DNA of 64,000 bases from Pachysolen tannophilus NRRL Y-2460 (lineage: Eukaryota). The notes beneath the pieces were generated by a model that searched no databases, was not told the DNA's origin, and was given only the letters and a program-made list of their open reading frames with translations. The DNA lies in the NCBI GenBank assembly GCA_001661245.1, contig KV454018.1, positions 1 to 64,000 of the forward strand, given 5' to 3'. Shown here piece by piece: positions 20,123-30,916 of the stretch. A program made the translations under genes and the position numbers. The stretch's first letter is position 1. The number at the start of each line of letters is the position of its first letter.

Positions 20123-23100
20123 CTAAATTCCTTGAAGGTTAATTATGCCTGCAAAATAAAAACCTGTAATAACAACAATGTAAATTAGAATTAAAATAAA
20201 TCCTTTGAAATAATTCGATTTGCCTTCTGCATAAATGTAAGTAAATAAGAAAACAGAAATGACTGATGCAATAACATCCCATCTTGGGAAGATCAATGTA
20301 AACATTGAGTCTGTAGAATCTTTTTGGGTCTTCAACGTTGTAAACATTGAATATAAAACCAAAGTCGGAGTTTGTAACAAGCATACCTGTAGGGCATATG
20401 CTGATCCAATTTCCATGGATAAGGCAACATTACCATGCATTGCAAACGATATAGCATTAACAAACTCAGTGGTATTTGGAACCAAAGCAAAAACTGTCAA
20501 GCCTAAAAATTTAGGGTTTATTGGAAATTTAGTTAAAACAACATCTACTGTATCAACCAAAATTTCAGCAATTACGGCATAAAACCATGTTGCACTTAAC
20601 AAAATGATAGCAGATTTGGTTCTAGACCAGTTCGGTGAATCATGTCCATTAGCTAAAGGCTCCTCTTCCTTGTGAATATGCTGTGAATCATTCATCAAAA
20701 GATGTTGCTGTTGCTGTTGCTGTTGTTGTTGCTGCTGCTGCTGTTGCTGAGACTCCGGGTTGGCAGCCTTACGTAAGTTTGGAACAGTTTGTTTTTTATT
20801 TATATAATCACTAACATTTACAGATCTCAAACTTGGAGACAGTCCATCCGAAATTGTAGTACTATAACCAACAGCTGGATTGCCCTGCTCAATTAACTTC
20901 GGTTTCTCCGATACTGTTGGGGTAGTCCATATAAGGGCAGCATGTGTTCTCAAAGTAAACCACAACCCTATGATATACGCCAGAAATAAACTGAGAGCGC
21001 AAATAATTGAAAACGGCTTCAAAAAATCGGTATATAACTTGTCAATAACCAAAGGTGGTTGGAAAAAATGGCATCTCTGACAAGATGGAGATTTTGCTTT
21101 AGATTGCATATAAAAATCGTCATTCAGAGAATCGCAATCAAAACATTCTATTTGATATTGTCCGTAAATTTGATGAAATAAAGTAGGTGAAAACATAACA
21201 ACGACAGCAAATAATAACATTGTACAAGAAACTCCTGCAGATTTTGGGTTATAACGTTGAGTCTTTCTCTTTAACGCACCACCGCACATTGATAACCCTG
21301 GTAATAAAAGTACACCTGCTAATATTGATCCAATCATTGCACCTTCAACCAATGTGCCTTCACCTTGGTTTAAAGCCACACAGTATAAAAAAACTTCAAC
21401 TATTGTAGAGAAAAAAGCATTTATAACTGCAGCAACACCCATTGAGGTTTGTGCACTAATGGATGCAACAGCCTGACCAATGAAATAAGCCAATGGAATT
21501 ACAGAGATAAGACACATAAAGAAAATAAGTGATGAGTCTGTGATAAATATCTTTAGCCCCAAATATTCTTTGATAAAATAAAAATCAAAAATAACAAAAA
21601 GCACCAAAAACAATAGGTTTATGAAAAAGATATTAGTACCATCAACAGTATATTTGTAATAATGAGTACCAAAAGATCTATAAGTGCATAACAAGATAGA
21701 TTCGTTCAGATGAGGACGTTGCTGTCTCTTGGCACTATATTCGCGTTCCACTTGGAAAGACAATCCTAAAGGATGTCTTCTTAAATGTGAGCATAAAGCA
21801 GAGTTTAATTTGGCCATTGGAATTGTGAATACAAATATCCAAGCTGTGAAAATAACGAGAAACATTACTGGTTGCAATATTAAATAGTAGTACAAGTAAA
21901 ATGCTACTCTTCCAATATTCCAGCTACCTCTACCAAAATATCTTACTTTAAAACCACCTTCCTCATCATCAGAAATATTTCTATCAATTGATCCATTTCC
22001 ATCATTATCCACAGATGCATAATTTGAACTAGATATTGAATTCAACAAGGGTCTGGATTCATGATGAGAACTAGATTTTGGCCTGGGCCTAGGAGCATAA
22101 AATAATCTACCTTCGTCCTCTGATCTCCAACGCTGATATTCAGAAACAGATCTTCCTTCTCCAATATCTTCACGTATATAATTCAGATCCTTATATAATA
22201 AAACAATTTTACCAAATGGATTTAAACAGTAGAATCCAAAATTATATAGCAATTTTGTATATTTAAAAGAATCATTTTGTTTCAAATTTTGGAAAGATGC
22301 ACCTGAACTAAGAATTATGCAAAAAACTGTACCAACCATACAAATTAACCATAAAAAGAGACCACATGTTAAAATCCATATTAAATTTCCTATTTTTATT
22401 GCTAAAGAAAGATGTCTTATATTTTTAGTGATTGTTTCATGAATATCTGCTTCAGCATCTCTTTGGACCGATCTTTCTTTTTTATATAATGCTGGTTTCC
22501 AAATTTTAATACCAAAAGGATGAGTTTCATTAATTGCATCTTGTCTTTCTCTTAATGTGAAGCTTTCAACAGAGGAAAGGGATTCATTATCATTTTCACC
22601 TTCATCATTGTTCTCATTATTTTCATTTTCAGTATCTTCTGTTTCAGCACTTTTAATGCTTTTAATAGTATGTATATCAGCATCAGCTTCTCTTTCTTCT
22701 AATTCTCTTAAATCATGAGATGCTTGTAATAATTTCTGTTCAATTGCATTCTCTAATTCTGCTATTTCTGCATGATTTAAATTATTATTCATATCATCAT
22801 TTCCTTCTCTAATATCATTTTTAATAATACTATTATTATTATTTTCAAAAGATTTTGGAATACTTTTAAATTTTGAATTTTTTAAATTTGAAATTTGAGA
22901 TAAATTATCTGATGATTCAATTATTGGAGTTGATTTTTGTGATACTTGATGTCTCTTATTAAACTTATATCTCAATGCATCATTAAATCCTTCAAAATAT
23001 TCTCTATTCATATCTTCTTCAATTTCATTTTCATCATCATCTACACTAAATATATATTTAGAGTTAAGTTGTTTATGAGCTCTAGCCTTTTTCGATAATG

Positions 23101-23479
23101 AAGGATCAGGAGACATCGAAGGATTATTCGAAGATTGTGTCAAGTTAACATTAGATGCCAGTTTCGGATTAAGTAAGACATATTGCTTATGATGAGATTG
23201 TGAAGTTGGTGCTTGTGATGATGTTAAGGTATTAAGTGGTGAATTTGGTGAAACATTTTGAAGAAGCTTTCTTTGAGACTTAAGCGATCCAGTAGAAGTT
23301 AAAACAGGCCTAGTTGGATTCAATTGATTAGACGCCGATTGTTGCTGACACTGATGATCTTTTGTAGTATTTGAAAAATCTTCATTACTATAATTTGTTG
23401 TAGCCCTATTATCATCATTTATGATTCCATTATTATTATTTGATGTATCTTCGGTCTGCTCACCTATTGGATCCGTCAT
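20123..23479 (-). CDS. VNX1: Vacuolar monovalent cation/H+ antiporter (CAX family)
   Basis: Likely ATG at 23479; RERQDAINETHPFGIKIWKPALYKK, YYKYTVDGTN, GQAVASISAQ, PNTTEF and EGKSNYFKG motifs; polyQ at ~20704-20748. Confidence 0.92.
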   Translation of the reverse strand: MTDPIGEQTEDTSNNNNGIINDDNRATTNYSNEDFSNTTKDHQCQQQSASNQLNPTRPVLTSTGSLKSQRKLLQNVSPNSPLNTLTSSQAPTSQSHHKQYVLLNPKLASNVNLTQSSNNPSMSPDPSLSKKARAHKQLNSKYIFSVDDDENEIEEDMNREYFEGFNDALRYKFNKRHQVSQKSTPIIESSDNLSQISNLKNSKFKSIPKSFENNNNSIIKNDIREGNDDMNNNLNHAEIAELENAIEQKLLQASHDLRELEEREADADIHTIKSIKSAETEDTENENNENNDEGENDNESLSSVESFTLRERQDAINETHPFGIKIWKPALYKKERSVQRDAEADIHETITKNIRHLSLAIKIGNLIWILTCGLFLWLICMVGTVFCIILSSGASFQNLKQNDSFKYTKLLYNFGFYCLNPFGKIVLLYKDLNYIREDIGEGRSVSEYQRWRSEDEGRLFYAPRPRPKSSSHHESRPLLNSISSSNYASVDNDGNGSIDRNISDDEEGGFKVRYFGRGSWNIGRVAFYLYYYLILQPVMFLVIFTAWIFVFTIPMAKLNSALCSHLRRHPLGLSFQVEREYSAKRQQRPHLNESILLCTYRSFGTHYYKYTVDGTNIFFINLLFLVLFVIFDFYFIKEYLGLKIFITDSSLIFFMCLISVIPLAYFIGQAVASISAQTSMGVAAVINAFFSTIVEVFLYCVALNQGEGTLVEGAMIGSILAGVLLLPGLSMCGGALKRKTQRYNPKSAGVSCTMLLFAVVVMFSPTLFHQIYGQYQIECFDCDSLNDDFYMQSKAKSPSCQRCHFFQPPLVIDKLYTDFLKPFSIICALSLFLAYIIGLWFTLRTHAALIWTTPTVSEKPKLIEQGNPAVGYSTTISDGLSPSLRSVNVSDYINKKQTVPNLRKAANPESQQQQQQQQQQQQQQQHLLMNDSQHIHKEEEPLANGHDSPNWSRTKSAIILLSATWFYAVIAEILVDTVDVVLTKFPINPKFLGLTVFALVPNTTEFVNAISFAMHGNVALSMEIGSAYALQVCLLQTPTLVLYSMFTTLKTQKDSTDSMFTLIFPRWDVIASVISVFLFTYIYAEGKSNYFKGFILILIYIVVITGFYFAGIINLQGI

Positions 23480-24229
23480 TTCATAAATAAATACAAATTC
23501 AGCCAATGTCTTTATACAAATTATTAGCAAAAACCGCGATACTCCTTTACTTCAACTTTTAACTTTTACTAATACTATCTTTTAAGAGTCTAGTTCTTCA
23601 TTATTTACATTCATTTAAAAATCATTAACATTCTGTCTTGTCTCATAATAGTAATAATAATAATAATAAAACAAAATAATAATAATTTCCACGACTTTTC
23701 ATTTACACACTTCAAAATACACGTTCCTAACCATTTTCATTCAAGTATTTATCAAATCAACTAATTGTCTCAAGTGTTTTAAATCATGAATCTCAAACTA
23801 CATTTAGAAGAATAAGAGAGTAAGAAATTTTGTATTGAAAGGTTTTTTTATTTTGAAAGAAGAATAGTTTTTTTTTTTAAGATCAAAAAAAAAAAAAAAT
23901 ATGACAACTCTTTGTTTTTCCTTTACTTTAATATAATATATTATTAATCTGTACTCTTTCTTGAAAAGGATATAATGAACTTAAACTCAAAATTCAAAAA
24001 AAAAACAAAACAAAAATATGGATGAAAGAATTTTTTTATCAGTTGAAAAAAAAAAAAAAGAAAAAGAGAAAGAGAGAGTAAAAAAAAAAAAAATAAGAAA
24101 AAAAAGGGGAAAATAAAATAAGTTAAAAAAAAAAAATGGAAATGGAAATGGAAATGAAAAAAACGAATAATAATAATAATAATAATAAAAATTCAAGCTT
24201 ATCTTATACTTTGTCTAAGTTTTGTAAAA

Positions 24230-24754
24230 CTATGCAACAATTTTAACAGTAGCGTATGTTCTAACAGTACCAACTGTTCCTGAAATCGTGCCTAATCCAA
24301 TAGAACCAGTTGAAGGAGATGCAACAGTTGACCAAAATTTTGAAAATTTCTGAGTGTACAAAGACTCAACAGTTGCAACACCACCATCTGACATAGTTGT
24401 AGTGACCCAAACAGTTGTACCAGAAGAAGAACTTGAAGAAGAAGAGGAGGTTACTGATGATGTTGAATCTGTTGTGTCTGTTGATGATGAGCTTGTTGTT
24501 GTAGTTGTAGGTGTTGTTGTTGTTGTAGGTGTTGTTGTTGTAGTTGGTGTAGTTGTAGTTGTTGGTGTTGTTGTAGTTGGTGTAGTTGTAGTTGTTGGTG
24601 TTGTAGTAGTTGGTGTCGTTGTAGTTGTTGGAGTTGTTGTAGTTGGTGTAGTTGTAGTTGTTGGAGTTGTAGTAGTTGTTGGAGTTGTAGTTGTATCGTC
24701 AGCAAAGACAAACACAAGCCACGAAAGAAGCAATATTAAATTTGTAAATTTCAT
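24230..24754 (-). CDS. KRE1: Secreted Thr/Ser-rich Kre1-domain cell-wall protein
   Basis: Signal peptide, PTTTT(T) repeats, then VWVT...YTQKF...PSTGSIGLGTISGTVG Kre1 motif; adjacent to VNX1 as in S. cerevisiae (from memory). Confidence 0.7.
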   Translation of the reverse strand: MKFTNLILLLSWLVFVFADDTTTTPTTTTTPTTTTTPTTTTPTTTTTPTTTTPTTTTTPTTTTPTTTTTPTTTTTPTTTTTPTTTTTSSSSTDTTDSTSSVTSSSSSSSSSGTTVWVTTTMSDGGVATVESLYTQKFSKFWSTVASPSTGSIGLGTISGTVGTVRTYATVKIVA

Positions 24755-25702
24755 CTTTAACCAATATTCTTGAAATGAAAACTATAGTGAAAATAATTTT
24801 GTCTTGTTTTTATCCTATTTCTTCTATTATATTCAAAATAAGCAGTATGAGCTATCCTTTTTTTTTTTTTTTTTTCGTAGGGTGTTTGATATTATTCCAA
24901 GGATAATGTTTGAAAATAATATGAAAAAAAAGAAAAAATTAAAAATTTAAAAAAATTTCTAGTAAAAAAATAAAAACAAAGCGAAAGAACAAGAAATAAA
25001 ATTCAAATATATATATATAATATAATATGATATAATATATATATATATGTATATAAATATTCCACTAAAAGAAAGACAAAGCTAACTGCAAATATAAAAA
25101 TATAAAAGGTAATATACAGTATCTAAAAACGAAAAAATCGTATACCCAACTATTACCAATATAAAAATGAATTTATATTAATATTTGATTAAAAGAATAT
25201 TTTATTTATTATTATAAAAAAATAAAAATAAATATAAACTGGTTTAGAAAAAGAAAAGCATATATATTTTAATAAAAAAAAAATTTACTATAATTACTTT
25301 TGTTATGTGTTTACATCACAGCCTTAAACTGCGGTTCCTTTTTTTTAATCTTTTTTTTTTTTTGAACAAAAAAAATGATTTGGCGATTTTGAAGTACACG
25401 ACCTGACTAAGGTTACGGAAATCTCCTTATTAGGAAGGATAACGCCGGAAAAGGATAATTTAATAAAGAATTTTTATTTAAATCATATAAAATAAAGTTG
25501 TTAATAGTATAGTAGTAATAATAAAAATATATACTATTATTTTTTTGAAGTTTTTAATTTTTTTAATTTTTTAGTATACCAATCAGTTTACAATAAGATA
25601 TCAATAATAAAAATGAGATTTTAATTTGAATAATTATTTAAATCAAGACAGGGCTTATCTGCTTGTTTATGATATTCTCCCTTGGTCGTACACTTTCTAT
25701 CC

Positions 25703-25739
<37 letters not shown>

Positions 25740-25784
25740 ATAACTAAGGATTGAGAATCAGGTCTCCCTTCTAGCTTTTTTCTA

Positions 25785-25867
25785 GGATCCAAAAAATTGG
25801 ATCCAAATTTGGATCCAATCTGCCTCCATTTTTGGATCCAACTTTTTGGATCCAAAAAGTTGGATCC
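25785..25867. repeat. Palindromic GGATCC array (six sites; second copy at 26407-26489)
   Basis: GGATCC at 25785, 25799, 25811, 25834, 25848 and 25862; perfect palindromes at 25796-25819 and 25834-25867. Confidence 0.9.
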
Positions 25868-26008
25868 CTTATCTTCTTTCTATTATCATAACAACAATTA
25901 CAACTATAACTACAAATAATACTAGTTAAAATCAACTTATTTTACTTAATGCTCTGATTTACTTCAAATATGGTATCAAATGTACTCGCGTAAAATTTTT
26001 TTTTTTTC

Positions 26009-26338
26009 NNNNNNNNNNNNNNNNNNNNNNNNNNNNNNNNNNNNNNNNNNNNNNNNNNNNNNNNNNNNNNNNNNNNNNNNNNNNNNNNNNNNNNNNNNNN
26101 NNNNNNNNNNNNNNNNNNNNNNNNNNNNNNNNNNNNNNNNNNNNNNNNNNNNNNNNNNNNNNNNNNNNNNNNNNNNNNNNNNNNNNNNNNNNNNNNNNNN
26201 NNNNNNNNNNNNNNNNNNNNNNNNNNNNNNNNNNNNNNNNNNNNNNNNNNNNNNNNNNNNNNNNNNNNNNNNNNNNNNNNNNNNNNNNNNNNNNNNNNNN
26301 NNNNNNNNNNNNNNNNNNNNNNNNNNNNNNNNNNNNNN
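26009..26338. other. Assembly gap (N run) with ~300-bp duplicated flanks
   Basis: ~25706-26008 is repeated at 26339-~26630. Confidence 0.99.
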
Positions 26339-26953
26339 AAAAAAAAAAAAAAAAAAAAATAATAACTAAGGATTGAGAATCAGGTCTCCCTTCTAGCTTT
26401 TTTCTAGGATCCAAAAAATTGGATCCAAATTTGGATCCAATCTGCCTCCATTTTTGGATCCAACTTTTTGGATCCAAAAAGTTGGATCCCTTATCTTCTT
26501 TCTATTATCATAACAACAATTACAACTATAACTACAAATAATACTAGTTAAAATCAACTTATTTTACTTAATGCTCTGATTTACTTCAAATATGGTATCA
26601 AATGTACTCGCGAAAATTTTTTTTTTTTCTTTTTCAATTTTTTTTTTTGTTAATAATTTAATTTACTTTGTCGAGAAGATCTCTTTTGTGGTATTTAATT
26701 AAAACAAAGTAATTAGTAGTATATAGATTAGTTAAATTATAAACGATCTATCTGCATTTTTATTTCAGTCTCTAAGGTTTAAGGTATTTATTTGTTAAAG
26801 GGATACACTGAAATTACTTTAATTTATTAAAATAAAATAAAATAAAAAAAAAAAAGAAATTCTTGTTCTTTTTTTTTTTTTTTAAAATAACTCTCATTAA
26901 ATTTTTTTTTATATTTTTAATTTAAAAAATCTTTTTTTTTTTTTTTTTGAGCA

Positions 26954-27574
26954 ATGAGTACAGAAGAAATAACTAAAAAAGCAAATGAATTGTCATTAGA
27001 AAAAACAGCTTTAACATCTGCAGAGGAATTGGCTGTCAAACACCCTTTGAATAGCAAATGGACATTGTGGTATACAAAACCTCCGGTAGATAAATCTGAA
27101 AGTTGGTCAGATTTATTAAGACCAGTTATAACATTTGATACTGTTGAAGAATTTTGGGCAATTTATAATTCAATTCCAAAAGCTTCAGAATTACCAGTTA
27201 AATCGGATTATCATTTATTTAAAGAAGGTATTAAACCTGAATGGGAAGATGAATTAAATTCAAAAGGTGGTAAATGGTCTTTTCAATTTAAAAAACCAGA
27301 TGATATTAATGATTTATGGACAAGATCTTTATTAAGTGTTATTGGTGAAACTATTGAAGAAGATGATTCAGATGAAGTCAATGGAATTGTTTTAAATATT
27401 AGAAAAGGATTTATTAGAATCGGATTATGGACAAGAACTTGTGATGAAAATACTTTATTACCAATTGGTGAAAAATTGAAAAAAGTTTTAAAATTAACTG
27501 ATGATATGAAATTAGAATTTGCAAGTCATCAAGCTTCAAATATTAGAGGATCAAAACCTTTGTTAACCGTTTAG
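26954..27574 (+). CDS. CDC33: Translation initiation factor eIF4E
   Basis: KHPLNSKWTLWY, TVEEFW, DYHLFKEGIKPEWED and GGKW motifs. Confidence 0.97.
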   Translation: MSTEEITKKANELSLEKTALTSAEELAVKHPLNSKWTLWYTKPPVDKSESWSDLLRPVITFDTVEEFWAIYNSIPKASELPVKSDYHLFKEGIKPEWEDELNSKGGKWSFQFKKPDDINDLWTRSLLSVIGETIEEDDSDEVNGIVLNIRKGFIRIGLWTRTCDENTLLPIGEKLKKVLKLTDDMKLEFASHQASNIRGSKPLLTV

Positions 27575-28160
27575 GAGTAACTAATTTTTTTTTAAAAAAA
27601 AAAAAGAAATACTCCCCCCTCCCCTTCCCACTCTTCTTGCATCTATAACAATATATTATAAGGAAAGGTTGAAAGTTGGAATGTTTAAAAATGATTCAAA
27701 TAAAATTGAAAAAAAAAAAAATAAAAAAATAATAATGAAAAACATTTTACTTTTTTATTTGGCTCAAAAAAAAAAAAATGTTCTAACCACAATAATAACA
27801 CGAAATAGAATACTTTTCAAGTTTAATTTAATTTTCTTTTTTTCTTATTCTTTTCCTTTTTTTTTTTTTTTTAACAAGTTGTTTCTATTTCTTTGTCTTT
27901 TACATTGTTGTTTATTTTTTGATATAATTTTGTATAATTCAGGTTTTTTTTTCTTTTTTTTTTTTTTTGGTTATTGTTTCATAGCTTAAACATATATACT
28001 TATCTAACTTTACTACTTAATTGAAACTACAGGATTGAAAAAAAAAAAAAAGGTGTTCTACTCAACTCATATGTTACCATTACAAGTAAAATTTAAGTGA
28101 AAAACTCTTTTATTTATTTTTTTTAGTAGTACATAATATATATCTTATATCTATAATTTA

Positions 28161-28541
28161 TTAAAATGCTCTCAGTTGACCTCTTCCTCTTCCTCTTGTA
28201 CCTAATCTTCCACCTCTTGAACCTAAACCTCCTCTATTACTTCCAGTCATAGTCTTGGCAACTGGTTTAGAACTAATCTTTGGTTTACTTAAAGAATCTG
28301 TAAGCATACTATCTAAATTCAAATTATCAGGTAAAATAATTAATCTAATATTATTTCCTCTTATATTTAAAAAATCTAAGCTTACTGGATTTCTATTTCT
28401 TATTGTCATAGTCACCAGTTTTAAATTAATGTTCATTGATGGAGATACTGATATCACCGATCCTTTTATTAATGTTCCATTTTTCAATTCTATTTGAACA
28501 GTTTCCGAAGTCAATTTCATCAAAAAATGAACCAACTTCAT
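28161..28541 (-). CDS. SMD1: Small nuclear ribonucleoprotein Sm D1
   Basis: [28 protein letters not shown] and RG-rich tail. Confidence 0.96.
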   Translation of the reverse strand: MKLVHFLMKLTSETVQIELKNGTLIKGSVISVSPSMNINLKLVTMTIRNRNPVSLDFLNIRGNNIRLIILPDNLNLDSMLTDSLSKPKISSKPVAKTMTGSNRGGLGSRGGRLGTRGRGRGQLRAF

Positions 28542-28934
28542 CCTTCACTATGATTAATCTCTCTCTGTGTATAATATAATAACAAATTATAATTATAATA
28601 CTAAAAAAAAGTAAAAAATAAGATTACAATACTTTTATAATTTTTCAAATTCTTCCAATTCTTCCAATTACTACCATAAATATATCACAAGTAATCCTAT
28701 TATATATATTCCATTATAAAAAAAATATTAAAATAAAAAAAAAAATAAGAAAAAAACTTCAACTATAGTTTTAGTATATAAATACACACCATTTGTTTCT
28801 GATAATACAAATTATTATCAATATTAAGTAAAGAGATTATAAGTATATCTTTAATAAAGGGAAATTAAACCCCAGTAGGCATAAGAATGATCAAAGAAAA
28901 AAAAAAATTTTTTTTAAGGAGATTCCTGTTTACC

Positions 28935-29891
28935 TCAAATAACAAAAGGAACAAGTACTTTTCTATTTTTTGGGTATTGAGGAAACCTTTTTTTCAAATC
29001 ATTATGTTTTTTAACAGCCCAAAAATACATTTGAGTTGTTGATATGATTAAAAATAAAAAACTCGACCAATTACCATTTAAGAGAGCATAACTGAAAAAC
29101 AGAAGAATTTCACAAAGATAGTTTGGACAAGTAACATAATTGAATAAAAATCCTTCAGGAATTTTACGATCTTTAGAACCATCATTCCGTAAATCAGCTA
29201 AAATTTTATGACATTGAAAATTTGACAATTCGGCAATTAACCATAAAAATACTATTGCAATGATTTGATTGTTTGATCTTTCAGAAACGTGGAAAATATA
29301 ACTCCAAATACCACCTTTTTCTCTAAGTCTATCCGGAGAATATACTGTACCTGCAATTAAAACACCACTTAAGAAATAATAATGGAAACAATTTTTAAAT
29401 AAATTGAATAATGGCATTGTTGAATTACCGAAAACGTGAATAAAAAAAGTTTCATATTCTCTTTTCATAAAATGTAACATAATTAAGATATAAGAAAGTA
29501 ATGAAACTAAATTAAAACGTTCAGGTGGGAAAATCACAAAATAAAAAATTGGATGAATAATTAATGGTCCAAGATATTCAAGAAAAAATACTAATTTCCA
29601 ACTAATTTGAGGACCTAAATCTTTAGCATATACAATTGTTGCTTCTTTCTCATTTAAACATACCAAATTATTTTGTTGAACCGTTTTATCATTTTGTAAC
29701 ACAATTTGTTTAGGTCTCTTGGTAGATTCATCATCTTCTGATGAAACTGTTAATCTCACTCTATTTGGATTAATATTATTATTGACTTTAGCATACTCAT
29801 TGATAATGTCCTGTATAATCGTATTTGGAGTTGTATTAACTTTGATTTCACGCAAGTTTTTCGATCTTGGCTTTACATGTAACATAGTCAT
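28935..29891 (-). CDS. TSC13: Very-long-chain enoyl-CoA reductase
   Basis: KDLGPQISW, EYLGPL, HFMKREYETFFIH and CPNY motifs. Confidence 0.94.
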   Translation of the reverse strand: MTMLHVKPRSKNLREIKVNTTPNTIIQDIINEYAKVNNNINPNRVRLTVSSEDDESTKRPKQIVLQNDKTVQQNNLVCLNEKEATIVYAKDLGPQISWKLVFFLEYLGPLIIHPIFYFVIFPPERFNLVSLLSYILIMLHFMKREYETFFIHVFGNSTMPLFNLFKNCFHYYFLSGVLIAGTVYSPDRLREKGGIWSYIFHVSERSNNQIIAIVFLWLIAELSNFQCHKILADLRNDGSKDRKIPEGFLFNYVTCPNYLCEILLFFSYALLNGNWSSFLFLIISTTQMYFWAVKKHNDLKKRFPQYPKNRKVLVPFVI

Positions 29892-30137
29892 TTTAACTCA
29901 ATTTTGACTAAATTTTGACTCAATTTCAACAATTGACAATTGACTTATATAGATCAACCGAAAAATAACTTTTTTCAAATATTAAATTGATTTAAAACGA
30001 AAAAAAAAATAAAAATAAAAATAAAAAAAAATTAGCAGCAAAAATAAGAAGACCCCAAAGCGAAAACGAAGGCAAGAAAAGAGAAAAGAGAAAAAAAAGG
30101 AAAAAATAAAATTAAAAAAAAAAAAAATCTTTTTTTT

Positions 30138-30210
30138 TGGACGAGATCGGAATCGAACCAATGACCTTCTGCTTGCAAGGCAGACGCGCTACCAACTACG
30201 CCACACGCCC
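30138..30210 (-). tRNA. tRNA-Ala(UGC), intronless
   Basis: GGGCGTGTGGCGTAGTTGGTAGCGCG-TCTGC-CTTGCAA-GCAGA-...GGTTCGATTCC...CTCGTCCA; G3:U70 Ala identity pair; T-run terminator downstream. Confidence 0.97.
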
Positions 30211-30916
30211 TAATAAGATGTTTAGACAGGTACCGAGCATAACTATTTTGGTAAATCAGCAGTAGTATCTCATCTATGATATAATTATCTTTTTTATTAC
30301 ATTTGAGTGATAATCCTGATTGTAATTTGTAATGGTTTTCGAAATAACTCAAGTTCAAGTTTTCCATGTTTCTGGGTTTTGCTCTTCCAATAGGTACAAC
30401 GTTTCTTTATTTTTTTTTTTTTTTGTTGTTGAAAAACTTAAAGAGGATAAATAATTTTAACTGCTCAATTGTCGTATGTAGTTAGTTAGTTATGAAGCAG
30501 CTTTACAGCTACTAATACTTCATTGATGACTTTTTTTTTTTTTTTTTTTTTTTTTGAATTTGTAAGTGAAGGACAAAACAAATGCATTTTTCTATATATA
30601 AATGGCAATAGAAAAGGTCAATGCTTTATAATTAGAAAGTCAATTGATATTTTTGAGTAAGTTTCTGGGTGGTGCAAGCTACACCACCTACACCACCTAC
30701 ACCACGCACACCACTGATAGATAAAAAGTTTTCCTTTTTAGGCGCAATTGCTTAGACTATGCACTACCAAAAAGTTGATTCTATATGAAAAGTTGCAAAA
30801 AATGTTTTTTTGTTTTTTCCTATTTGAATACAACTTTGTAAGAGGAATCTCTTGACGAATTTGATAGTTTTAAAGTGCGACAACGAATCAATCTTAGCTT
30901 AGGATCATTATAGAGA

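Noticed and set aside
24354..24773. Val-rich and Gln-rich alternative-frame ORFs
   Set aside because: Shadows of the Thr-repeat coding sequence of the Kre1-like gene
25785..25867. CRISPR-like array or cloning-linker contamination
   Set aside because: Eukaryotic locus with no unique spacers or cas genes; the irregular spacing does not resemble a polylinker
25706..26630. Apparent ~300-bp direct repeat (LTR-like) flanking a gap
   Set aside because: The copies directly abut an N gap and end in homopolymers. The same pattern occurs at all three gaps, so these are most likely unmerged overlapping contig ends; no TG...CA LTR ends or TSD were seen
30138..30210. Possible code-reassigning tRNA-Ala(CAG)
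   Set aside because: The anticodon loop reads CTTGCAA, so the anticodon is UGC, an ordinary Ala tRNA
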